Under the pieces are notes generated by a model. It worked only from the letters and a program-made list of their open reading frames with translations, did not search any database and was not told the origin of the DNA. From positions 61,468,146 to 61,532,145 of the forward strand of contig NC_052157.1 in the NCBI RefSeq assembly GCF_902713615.1: DNA of 64,000 nt, read 5' to 3'. Positions 51,341 through 63,172 of the stretch are shown in pieces; positions within the stretch are counted from its first letter, which is position 1; each line of letters opens with the position of its first letter. The translations under genes were made by a program, and so were the position numbers. The DNA is from Scyliorhinus canicula. Lineage: Eukaryota.

Positions 51341-51955
51341 TATCATTCTTCGGGCGGCACAATGGTGTGGCTGTGAGCACTGCTATCTCATGTCGCCGAT
51401 GTCCTGGGTTCGATCCTAGCTCCAGGTCAATGCCTGTCTGCATGGGTCTTATCCCCACAAAACAACAATTTGCAGGGTAGGTTGATTGGCAATACTAAAT
51501 TGCTCCTTAATTGGAAAAATAATCTTTATTGTACCCAAGAGGGCGATCGAGAATGAGATTTTTGAAAAAGAGGTGAGGGTGTGGAACAGGGTGAAATGCG
51601 AAAAAAGGAGAAAGTAACAGAAGAGTCAGGGACAGGGGGTTCAGGCCAAGGCCTGATTTGGTCATATGCTCCACATTGTCGCCAGACTGGACTTGATGGT
51701 GCGGGTTAGCGGAAGATCTAACCATGCGGGGTGGGGGCTTCATTAAGAGGGAAGGTGTCACCAACCCATTCAAGGCTATGATGTTGATTCAATCAAACAC
51801 AATGAAGTTCATGGATTTGGGAGTAGAAAGAGAAAAATGTTAAAAACAGTGACGCTGATTCACACAGCCACAAAATAACCAAATCAAACACGAGAATGTG
51901 TTATTTCCCACTGAGTTGAATGTGAATTGTTGAGGAATTATAACACAGCACTTAC

Positions 51956-52309
51956 CAGAAACCTGAAGCCGGGTAAAAGGGTGATAACTGTGGCCGGGAC
52001 CATCATCAAATTCTATTCTGAAATAATAAGGTCCTGCATCTTCCTGCTTGATATTGATTATTATCAGGGAACAGTCGCCATCTTTCAGGTCTCCAGACAG
52101 CCGGGTCCGGTGCCGTAACCGTGGCAACTCGTGTTTGTGATCCTTGGAGTGAAAGGCTATCTGCGATCTTCCCGATTCCTCATTAAACCAGACTCCGCCT
52201 CTCGATTGGTTTCCCAGACGTGATGGATAACTGTAATGACACGGAATCTGTACACACAAACCTTCCTGCGCTGTCACTTGTCGTGGAGTCTCACCTTTCC
52301 ATTCTTGTG
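51956..52309 (-). CDS. Siglec V-set exon 2 (354 nt, open, canonical splice sites), paralog of exon 1
   Basis: ccccag|CA CAA GAA TGG ... TCT G|gtaagt; EGLCVQIPC, GDCSL, DAGPYYFRIE; 9 nt shorter than exon 1 at the 5' end. Confidence 0.92.
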
Positions 52310-52424
52310 CTGGGGAGAGAAATATTAATATTTAACACTGGGTGGTTTGTACATCCACCAGACTCAAAATTCACAGATAATACTAAATAGGGGTGGGGAA
52401 TAGTCAATACTGAGGAAGACTGCA

Positions 52425-52670
52425 ATAGAACAGAGAACATAGAAAAATATAGCACAGGACAGGCCCTTCGGCCCACGATGTTGCGCAACACTTTTGTCCT
52501 AGATTAAGAACAAACCAATCTACACCCCATCATTCTACCGTAATCCATGTACCTATCCAATAGCCGCTTGAAGGTCCCTAATGTTTCCAACTCAACTACT
52601 TCCACAGGCAGTGCATTCCATGCCCCCACTACTCTCTGGGTAAAGAACCTACCTCTGAGATCGAGGTCCA
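52425..52670 (-). mobile_element. CR1 3' tail fragment
   Basis: FFTQRVVGAWNALP; ATAGAAC-type tail. Confidence 0.8.
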
Positions 52671-52759
52671 TGTGAAGGCCGGCAAGAAAGTGGAGTTGAG
52701 AATACAATCAGTTTTTATTAAATAGCGGAGCAAGCGCGAGGCAAAGTCCTCCTTTCTCT

Positions 52760-53991
52760 TTTTTCAAAATATTTTTTATTGCCATTTTCCATTTTTAACT
52801 GTTTGACACTTTGATATATAAAGCACATAATATTTCCACAGTATGATGTTTCTTATGTATAATTGTACATGTACCCCTTTTTACATCCCTCCCCCTTTCC
52901 TTGCTTCCCTTCGCGCCCCCCCCCCCCTCCCCCCCCCGTCCCCCCCCCCCCCCCCCCGTCCCCCGTCTCCCCCCCCCCCCCCCCCCCTCTCTCTTCCCCT
53001 GTTGATAGTCAGGCTCCCTCCTGGCCCCATCTTTTGCCCTGGGTATTGTATTGTTATACATCTCGCCTTCATTTTGTGATTCTTGTTGTTATTCTTGTGG
53101 CTTCACTGGGGGGGGGGGGGGGGAGGGGGGTGCGCTCTCTGCCCCCTCCCCCTCACTCTTTTTCCATGTCTCTCCCTGATACACCCCAGATTCTTTGTTG
53201 TTTCCCCCTTGCCTAGTTCCTCTCTGCCCTGTGCACTCTTGCCTGCCCTGATCGGTTCCCCCTGCCCCCGTTCTTCCTAATCATTATTGGCCTCAAACAG
53301 GTCTTGGATCAGGCTAATGAATGGCCCCCACACTTTGTGGAAGTTCTCGTCCGACCCTTGGATGGTGTACTTGATCTTCTCCAGGTGGAGAAATTCCGCC
53401 AGGTCTGCCAGCCAGTCTGCAGCTGTGGGTGGTGCTGCTGATCGCCAGCCGAGCAAGTTTCTCCGACGTGCGATTAGGGAAGCGAAAGCTAGGGCATCGG
53501 CCCCCTTCCCCGTGTGTAGCTCTGGCTAGTGTGAAACCCCGAAGACTGCCACTCTCGGGCATGGCTCCATCCGCACCCCCCACAACCTTGGACATCACCT
53601 CGAAGATGGCTGTCCAGAACCTCACAGGTCTGGGACAAGCCCAGAACATGTGTGTGTGGTTGGCCGAGCCTCCCTGGCACCATTCACATTTGTCCTCCAC
53701 CTCCGGGAAGAATCTGTGATTCAGGTTGTGGTTAGGTGGGCTCAGTGCACCACTTTAAACTGCCTGAGGTTCAGCTTTGTGCAGGAGGAGGTGGAGTTGG
53801 CCCTTCTTAGTGATTTGCCCCAGGGTCCTCTCCCTACTTCCGTACCCAGTTCGTCTTCCCATTTCTGTCTTGCCCCGTCTAATGATGTTTTTGCCATTTC
53901 CAGAAGCTGTCCGTGCATGTCCCCACAGTTCCTCTTCTCCCTACTGTCTGTGTCCAGTAGTCCCTCCAGAGAGTCTCTCGGTGCTTCACTG

Positions 53992-54022
<31 letters not shown>

Positions 54023-54825
54023 TCTCTGCCCCCCCTCCCCCTCACTCTTTTTCCATATCTCTTCCTGATACCCCCCCGATTCTTTTTTGTCCACCCCCCC
54101 TCACCATCACACAAATGCCATGATCATTTTGTCTATCCCTTGGAAAAAGGCCTTGGGAATGAAGATCGGTCTGGCTCAGAACTGGAAAAAGGACCTGGGC
54201 AGCATGTGCATCTTGATCGTCTGCACCGTCCCCGCCAGGGAAAGCATGTCTCCACAGTTCCCCTTCTCCCGACTCTCCGCATCCAGTAGTTCCTCCAGCA
54301 AAGTATCTCTTGGGGCACTCGGGTACCTCATTGTCTCCTTACGGAGAAAGTATTTGGTTTGTAGTTGCCGGAGATCCTGTCCTTTCGGTAGCTCCAGTTC
54401 TTGCATTCATTTGTCTCGGGTTACCATGTGTCCACACTGTAAAGTCTAGTCCCGTGTCCACCTCTTAAAGGTGGCTCTGTCCCTCCCCCGTTTGGGTTCA
54501 CCGAGAATGCCTCGCTGTTGCCCAGGTTGTATTTGAAGCCCAAGAAGTCTTCAAACTCTTCCAGGAGTTTCATGATTGCTTTCAGGTTGTTCTGTGGGTC
54601 CAAGGATGTAGAGGAGCAGTTCATTCACCTCGAGTGAAACTCTCTGCTCTCTGCCTCCTCTTTGGATGCCCTTCCAGCCCTCTGCATCTCGCAGAGCGAT
54701 CGCCAAGGGTTTGATTTCCAAGGCGAACAAAAGCGGGGACAGCGGGTATCCCTGCCTTGGACCTCCATGCAGCTGTAATTATTCAGAGCTGGTGGTGTTG
54801 GTCTGAATGCTCACCTTGGGGATCT
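52760..54825 (-). mobile_element. Two abutting 5'-truncated L1/Tx1-like fragments with long G/C tracts in the 3' UTR
   Basis: Poly(T) end at ~52762; KCEWCQGGSANHTHMFWACP; GFKYNLGNSE; GYPLSPLLFA. Confidence 0.8.
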
Positions 54826-54829
54826 TTGA

Positions 54830-56610
54830 TCTATGATCTGCATGAATATTATAAGTTATATGTTTTACTTTTGTAGTTCCAGTATCCGACCAGCAGGTGG
54901 GGTGAGTACGAAGTCCCAGGACCCGGATGCACCATGTGTTCCTTCAGAAGGAGTTTGTAAAGAGTTGCTAGCAGTCGCAGATTAGTGTCAAACATTTATT
55001 TACAACTGTATTCATCATAGACATTTTAGTTATTCGTTAGTATAGTATTCTTAATAAATAACTTTGTTTACAAAACAAAGTCCAATGTTCTTTGTTCACA
55101 CGGTAATATCAAGATTCTACATCACCCCAGTCAAAGAATATTACATGGTACCTTGGAGTGGATGTCGAAAGAGAACAGTTGGGGAAAGTTAGAGAAGACA
55201 CAAGAGAACAAGCGGAGAACTCAAGAAATAAAAATCAGCTATAAAACAAAATACATCGAAGCGAGATGGAAATATTAAAGATTCCCAACCAACTGCTCAC
55301 GACTGGTAATGTAGATGCAAACTGGCGTGCTTTCAAGCTACAGTTCACTTTTTACGTGCATGCTCTTGGTCTCCAAAAAGTTTTGGACGAAAGTAAAATT
55401 GCGCTCCTAATGACTGTGGCCGGTTTCCAAGCAATTGATCTGTGTCACACTTTTCAGTTCACTTCAGAGAAAGACAAGAAGCTATACTCAAAAGTAATTG
55501 AGCAATTTGCTAACTTTTGCCATCCACAAAAGAACAAAACTTTCGAGCGTTATGTATTCAGGATGAGACTGTAGAAATCGAGCGCAACATTTGACTGTTT
55601 TGTCACGGATCTACATCTCAAAGCGCAGTCCTGCAATTTTGCAGACTTCCATGATTCATTGATAAAAGATCAAATTGTGTGACATATTATGCGAGCGATT
55701 GCTGAGGGAAAGCGATTTAAAACTAGCAGATGCCATTAAAATCTGCAAGGCCTGTGAGATAGCACAAAAGCAGATCACTGAGATCCAAACCCAAGAAAGT
55801 GGAAAATGAGGGTGGGACTGACGCCATCTTGGCTGTGTAGCAGCAAAATCAGAAATGTGGTCCAGCCGGTGGCCATTTTAAAAAGATTTTAGGGCAGCAC
55901 AGTGGCGCAGTGGGTTAGCCCTGCAGCCTAACGGCGCCAAGGTCCCAGGTTCGATCCTGGCTCTGGGTCACTGTTGGTATGGAGTTTGAACATTCGCCCT
56001 GTGTTCGCGTGGGTTTTGCCCCCACAACGCAAATATGTGCAGGAAAGGTGGATTGGCCATGCTAAATTGCCCCTTAATTGGAAAAAATGAATTGGGTACT
56101 CTAAATTTATATTTTTAAAAATGTTTTAAAGATTTCGGAGCTCACATTTTGTGCTGGAGATAAGGCAGAACGCACGGTCCAAGAAAATGGCCTGCATTCG
56201 GCAAAACCTGTGCCAGATGTGCAAGAAAAAATCACTTTGGGCAGTAATCCCTGTTCAAGGAAAGAAGACAATAACCAAAGAGTGTGAATGTAGTAGCCAA
56301 GGCAACAAAAACTAGCGATTCATCAATTATACAAAGTGCAGCCTTGCACAGGTAACATGAAATAAATGATGAACCAAATGGCCCTGAAGGTACTGTCTTG
56401 GTAAAAATCATTAATGAAAATGCTGGTTGGCAAAAAAACACTAAAAATTCAGATGGTGAAAACAGCGGATGAGTGGACTATACTTCCCAAAATAAACAGG
56501 ACCATTGTGAAAGTTAAGTTAAATACCGGGGCTTGCGCAAACCTAATTAACAAATTCCGATTTGAGGAATTTGAAAATAAGACCGAATATTCAAAACACA
56601 GATTGCGACT
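54830..56610 (+). mobile_element. Gypsy 5' part: LTR (~54830-55145), PBS start TGGTACC at 55146, gag, protease remnant; V-SINE inside at 55892-~56125
   Basis: MEILKIPNQLLTTGNVDANWRAFK..KNKTFERYVF; VKVKLNTGA. Confidence 0.8.
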
Positions 56611-57600
56611 ATAAGACCATAAGGCATAAGACATAGGAGACGAATTAGGCCTCTCGGCCAAAAGACCATAATACTGTTGGTATGGAGCAGGATTAGGCAA
56701 CTCGGCCCATCAAGTCTGCTCCTCCATTCAATCATGGCTGCTATTTTTCAGATCCCCATTCTCCTGCCTTCTCCCATAACTTCTGATCCCCTTATTAATC
56801 AAGAACTTATCTCTGTCTCAGAGACACTCAGTGATTTGGCCTCCACAGCATTCTGCGGCAAAGAGTTGCACAGATTCACCAACCACTGGCTGAAGAAATT
56901 CCTCCTCATCTCTGTTTTAAAGGATCTTCCCTTTAGTCTGAGAATGTTCCCTCTGGTTCTAATGTTTCCAACAAGTGGAAGCATCCTCTCCACATCCACT
57001 CTATCCAGGCCTCACAGCATCCTGTAAGTCTCAATAAGATCCTCCCCTCACATTTGGAGGGCCGAAGGGCCTGTTCCTCTGCTGTATTGTTCTTTGTTCT
57101 TTGAGTACAGACCCTGAGTCCTCAACAATTCTTCATTCCAAGGATCATTCTTGTGAACCTCCTCTGGACCCTTTCCAAGGCCTGCACATCTTTCCTGAGA
57201 TACATGGTCCAAAACTGCTCACAGTACTCCAAATGGGGTCTGACCAGAGCCTTAAAGAGCTTCAGAAATACATCCCTGGTCTTGTATTCTAGCCGTCTTG
57301 TCATGAAAGCTAACACTGCATTTGCCTTCCTAACTGCCAACTGAACCTACACGTTAACCTTAAGAGAATCGTGAACAATAATTCCCATCCCTTTGTGCTT
57401 CTGATTTGCGAAGCAATTCCTCCTTCCAAAGTGCATAACCTCACACTTTCATATCCTTGTATATTTAGATCCCAGCACTGAGCCCCTTGCAGCCATGTCT
57501 CTGTGATGCCCACAACATGGCCAATTTCAATGTGCACAACTAGCTCATTTCCCTTGTTCCATACACTGCACGCATTTAGGTACAACACCCTCAGTCCTGC
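56610..57600 (-). mobile_element. CR1 fragments (3' end, RT, EN start)
   Basis: KTEMRRNFF, RPHLEYCEQFW, YLNACSVWNK, ITETWLQ. Confidence 0.8.
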
Positions 57601-57654
57601 ATTGATCCCTTCTCCCACTTTTTACCTTTTTTACTCTGCCTTAGGGTGATGTTG

Positions 57655-60018
57655 TTCTCGTATTTTATAATGACAAATATATCACAGACTTCATCAGTAA
57701 GTGTGTCGAAGATTGTGTACCAAAGAAGGTAATACAGGTGTTCCCCAAACGGAAACTCTGGTTCAACCAAAGGGTCCACTCCCTGCTGACGTCCCGGATG
57801 GAGGCGTTCAAGTCTGAAGACCCTGACCTAAGAACATAAGAACTAGGAGGAGGAGTAGGCCATTTGGTCCCTCGAGCCTGCTCCGCCATTCAATGAGATC
57901 ATGGCTGATCTTTTGTGGACTCAGCTCCACTTTCCGGCCCGAACACCATAACCCTTAATCTCTTTTTTCTTCAAAAAACTATCTATCTTTACCTTAAAAA
58001 CATTTAATGAAGGAGCCTCAACTGCTTCACTGGGCAAGGAATTCCATAGATTTACAACCCTTTGGGTGAAGAAGTTCCTCCTAAACTCAGTCCTAAATCT
58101 ACTTCCCCTTATTTTGACCTATCTATCTATCTATTTGAGAAATCCAGGTTTGACGCACGTAAAGTCATCAGGAACATCAAAAGACAATACCGCATCAAAC
58201 TAGAGTCCCAGGCCAACGACACAAACCCACAACGTCAATGTCAGGGCTTACATGAGATCACAGGCTATAAAGCAAGGCCAGGCGGATTCTCTGGTGCTGG
58301 AGCATCCCTCCCCGATGAACTGAACAAGTTCTATGCCCACATTGAACAGTCAGCCAATACATCAGTGCCACCCGCCCCAACAACCCTGGACACACCCATA
58401 CCCACTATTGCAGCCTCGGAGGTAAGAGCTGCCTTCTTGAAAGTTAACCCGCGGAAAGCAACGGGCCCCTGGGCAAGATCTCAGAGCCTGCGCTGACCAG
58501 CTGGCCAGTGTATTCGCAGATATATGCAACACCTCACTTCTCCGCTCCGAGGTCCCCACCTGCTTCAAGCAGACCATCATAATACCAGTACCAAAGAAGA
58601 ACAAGGTAGCCTGCCTCAACGACTACCGACTGGTGGCCCTGACGTCTGTTATCATGAAATGCTTCGAGCGGCTAGTCACGAGATGGATCAACGACAGGTT
58701 CCCAGGCGGTCTCGATCCATTACAGTTCGCCTACCGTGGCAACCCATCCACAGCAGATGTTATCTCTATGGCCCTACAATCAACACTCGAACATCTCGAC
58801 AACAAGGACACTTATGTAAGACTGCTGTTCATAAACGACAGCTCTGCCTTCAACACCATTATCCCGACAAGACTACTAACCAAACTCTGCAACCTTGGAC
58901 TTGACCCCTCCATGTGCAGCTGGATCCTTGACTTCTTCACCAACAGACGGCAATCTGTCAGGATAGGTAACACTACCTCCTCCCCAATAGTCCTCAATAG
59001 TCCCCGCAAGGATGTGTGCTCAGTCCTCTACTGTACTGCCTATACACACACGACTGTGTGGCAAGATTAAACTCCAATTCGATCTATAAGTTTGCAGATG
59101 ATACGACTGTGGTGGTATCTCAAACAACGACGAATCAGACTACAGAAGGGACATAGGTCATTTGGTTGCATGGTGTACCGAAAACAACCTCTCTCTAAAT
59201 ATTGGAAAGACCAAGGAACTGATCATCGACTTCAGGAAGCGTAGCACAACACCCCCCCCCCCCCCCCCCCCCCCCCGTTTACATCAATGGCTCCGAAGTG
59301 GAGATAAACAATAGCTTTAAGTTCCTGGCGGTCACCATCACCAACAGTCTGTCCTGGTCCACTCACGTTGATGCAACAGTCAAGAAAGCTCAGCAACGTC
59401 TCTACTCCCCACAGAAGCTAAAGAAATTCAGCATGTCTGCATCGACTCTCACAAACCTCTGCAGATGTGCCATAGAGAGCATCCTATCCGGCTGCAACGC
59501 AGCTTGGTATGGCAACTGCTCGGCCCAAGATCGCAAGAAACTGCAGAGTATGGCGCACTCAACCCAACACATCACACAAGCTTGTAATCCTCCCATTGAT
59601 TCTGTCTACACCTTCCGCTGCATCAGACAGCATTATCAGAGACCCTTTACACCCAGGCTTTACCCTCTTCCAGACCCTTCCATCAGGCAGAAGATACAGA
59701 AGTCTGAAGACCCGCCCATCTAGATAAAGGAACAGCTTCTTCCAGACAGCTACTAGACCCCTCAACAACTCTCCCTCGAACTGATCTGTTCCCTGTAAGC
59801 ACACTATTTGCGACGTCCTGTGCTACTCTTGCTCATGTATTTGCTTGTTTGGACCTTGTTCCGCTTTGTAACCAATCACAATTTGTTAATGTACCATTTG
59901 TCAATGTACTCTGTTGATTATTCTTTTGTTTACTATGTATGTACTGTGTAGGTTCCCTTGGCCGCAGAAAAATACTTTTCACTGTACATGTGACAATAAA
60001 TATCAATCAATCAATCAA
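57655..60018 (+). mobile_element. Rex1/Babar-like LINE, interrupted by a CR1 3' end (57831-58114, minus)
   Basis: [41 protein letters not shown]; (ATCA)n tail; TGACCTA duplicated around the CR1 insert. Confidence 0.88.
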
Positions 60019-60037
60019 TATCATGACTCTAGGTGCT

Positions 60038-61103
60038 TGTAACCTACAGGTGGAAGTTAAGGGGAAGAAATGTTTCATCATGTTCATAATAGTTCTCTAT
60101 GATTGTTGGGCACAGACACCTGCGAGCAGTTACAACTGGTGAAGCGTGTCGACAGAGTGGTGCAACACCTGTAGCCACCGAAGTTGGCCATTCCCTCAAT
60201 ACAAAATGGAGGAACGCAAAGCTTGCAGGTTAAAATGGACAAAGTTTGCAGCACAAGCAGGCTGCAACAAGCCACTGTGTATTCTGTCTGCTAAGAGAGC
60301 AGACAGCACCGAAACAAACATTCCGCATACTAATGAGGCAATCTCCGGGATAGTTAACATAGTAATGGAACGATCCCAGGGACAATGGACACAAATAGAG
60401 AAGTGATTGCAACAGTGTATGGGAAACCGGACACCCCGGCACCAGCGGGGTTCTAAAACAAAACACCTAAAGGCCCGCACAGTAGCCGAGAGATAGCCTC
60501 AGTATTGGGGGGATTCAAACATATCGATTGGGAAGAGACCCAATTGGTTCCGAGCAGGTAAAGGGGTTCGCCCAAAAGGGCGCGAAGCCCTAGGACCTAT
60601 AAAAGACAGGTCCCACACTTAGTTCGTTCTTCTTAACCAGCCCTCCTCTCTGGACCAGCATCTCGACCAGTTTTTGCCAAAGAAGACCTTGAACGAGAGA
60701 GAGGAGAGGTTTGAGACAGCAGCCGCCAGCAAGTAAGTGTTTCACAACGATCGCTACCAGAGATATACACTCCTGACCCCTTTTTAACCCGTACCAACCT
60801 GAAGTCTGCAGACCAGAGCAGGGCAAGAGGCCTTGTCCCCTTATCCGGCAGTTCCTTTTGAGATAAATATTGGTTTATTTAGTGGTAGGAATAGTTTAAT
60901 CCTCTTAGTGTGTGCAAGGGTAGTATTATAATTGTATTATAATAAACTCAGTTGTTTGAACTTACTAATTGGTGTATGGTTTTATTGCTTTGAACTTGAC
61001 CTTGAAACTTGTGGCGGTATCTTAACGATACCTGGCGACTCCAGAGCTAAGTAACGAAACAGCCAAATTGAGTGTTAAGCACACTCACCCAGAACGAGCA
61101 ACA
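60038..61103 (+). mobile_element. 5' LTR of a retrovirus-like element (left edge uncertain, ~60038 or ~60104)
   Basis: TATAAAA at ~60597, AATAAA at ~60941, ends ...GCAACA five bases before the PBS. Confidence 0.7.
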
Positions 61104-61108
61104 TTTAG

Positions 61109-61126
61109 TGGCGACTCCGCCGGGAC
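61109..61126 (+). promoter_or_regulatory. Primer-binding site complementary to tRNA-Arg(UCU)
   Basis: TGGCGACTCCGCCGGGAC equals the reverse complement of GTCCCGGCGGAGTCG+CCA, the 3' end of a vertebrate tRNA-Arg-TCT (recalled, not searched). Confidence 0.8.
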
Positions 61127-61427
61127 TCGATTAGAAGTGGCCCCCCCCCACTCCGAGAGAACCCAGAATTTGAATTAGAAATCAATAGAATTGGGAAAAA
61201 GGAAAAACCACAAGTGTTCAAGGAGTTCAAATCAATAGTCATAATTCGGAAGTGTGTTTTTGCATGCGTAACTAACAGGGTTGTAAGGTTAAAGCGAGAG
61301 ATTTTTGTTGCGACAAACTGTCGGGAGTTTTATAAGTCGGAACATAGCGAAAGCCGTACCCGTATTTTAAGCATTGCCTTATTATCCCCTCGTTCCAAAT
61401 TAAAAGAGAGCATAGAGGAAAAAAGAA

Positions 61428-63172
61428 ATGGCCATGCAGGCAATGGAACACCTCATGAACCCAGAGAAGTTTGTGGTCGCAGCGACCAACAGTAGCAGAG
61501 TAGGCCAGTGTCCCGTATGGGAGCTGGAACTCAGGAAGTACCTCAAAGGGAAAGGATGGCCCCTTTGGAGTGAGTTTTGTGTGAATGAGGAGACAGGTCC
61601 CGGGAGTATAGGACATACTTGGTGGGAGAACCTATCTCAAATTCATAAAAAGTGTTTAGGAAAAGCACGCAAGCCGATGGCAATTGTGTCCTGCTTGGCA
61701 CAATTGCGAGGCACAGAGGAGGTCGTTCGGACGCTCCGCAAAGATTTTGAAGAGAGGAATAGGATGAGCAAAGTGGATGTCAGGGACATCGAAAAGGAGA
61801 ATCTAGAATTAAGAAGGAAGTTGGCATAGAAGGATAGAGAGGTGGATGATGCCAAGAGGGCACATCAGTCTTGTCTAGCCCATCTGACCAGTTCCCAAAC
61901 CCAGTATGAGAAAGCCTATCAGGATGTGCAGTGCGCAGTTCTGATAAGAGAAGATTCAGAGAAGCAGGTAGAGGCACTGCAAAGGCAATGCTCTGACCTA
62001 AAGGCAGCTTTAAGAGCACTCCATGCTGCCACCACTGAGCAAAGGCAAAGCACAGTGGATCATGCGAAATGTAGAAAGCAGATTGCGCAGCTGCAATCCC
62101 TGCTTTCTGTACAGAATGGGTTCCAAGAGACATTTGGAACCCAATTAGATGAAGAAAATGCCCCAGATTGGCAGGAATTAAGCGAAACCATGCACGTTAT
62201 GTTCAGGGAACATGTCCGCCAGCAGCGCAACAGAAAAGGAAAGCGCCCCAACCCCCCACAGATCAGATAGCACCCGCACCTATGAACCCAGTCACCACCC
62301 AAAGAAAGGCAAGCACAGAAGGCGCACCCGAGATCACCTACACCACCCCCTTAACCGTAACACAACTAAGGGACGCATGTGAGAAAATCACCCTGTTCCT
62401 CCCCACTGCAGACCCCCACCAATTTTTCGCAAGAGTGAAACAACAGGCGGCCATGTATGGCCTGGATGAGCGAGAGCAGGTAAAGCTCACAGTGTTGAGT
62501 TTAGACTCATCGATTATAGCAGCCCTCCCCGACCCACAGAACGTTGGAGGAGGCACATTAGAGGAGATGCATACATCTATTTTAGACACGACAGGGTACA
62601 ACAGAGGAGACCCAGTCGAAGGCCTAAATAATTGTAGGCAGAAGAGGACAGAGCATCCCACAGCATTCGCAGGAAGGCTGTAGATTTATTTCACTGCCGT
62701 TTTTGGCAATTTAGACCAAGCTCATTTAACCCACGATAATATGGTTAAATGGACCCGCACCATAATCTCCCATGCCACAGATGCAGAACAGAATGTCTGC
62801 AGCAGTTATGACCCCTCAGAAGAGGCCCATAATGAAAAATGGGTTTCGAAAAGATTGTCCCGTGCTTGGGAACAATCCATCCAAGGCAAGGTTAAAGTTA
62901 AGACCCCAGAAGAAGCTCAGGCTGCAGCAGATATACAGGCAGTAAGAGCACACCAAAACCCCGCATGGGTAAATGAAGGAAAGAACAGCCCCCCACAGAA
63001 GTCGCAGGAATGTTACAACTGCGGACATTTAGGACATTTTGCTAGGGAATACAACGCCCCACAGAGATCTCAGAGAGGCCAGCAGACAGGCACTCTGACC
63101 AGGAACAAAGCAAAGCCAATCCATAGTATAGGGATGCAGTCAGGACAGACCAATGTGGACGGAATGGACTGA
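61428..63172 (+). pseudogene. gag: Retrovirus-like gag (N-terminal domain, coiled coil, capsid-like region, degenerate CCHC knuckle)
   Basis: Continuous reading with stops at 61827 and 62681 and one frameshift near 62190; knuckle reads CYNCGHLGHFAREY (last Cys changed to Tyr). Confidence 0.75.

Larger units (their letters stand above)
22557..52309 (-). pseudogene. Siglec-family (MAG/CD22/sialoadhesin-like) Ig gene, exon order V-V-C2-C2-C2, partly disabled; leader, TM and tail exons not seen
   Basis: Five phase-1 Ig exons (one split by an insertion); Siglec Cys pattern and essential Arg; lesions in the last two exons. Confidence 0.8.

Noticed and set aside
52795-53280. Pro-rich and Gly-rich ORFs
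   Set aside because: They are translations of poly(C)/poly(G) tracts in an L1-like 3' UTR.
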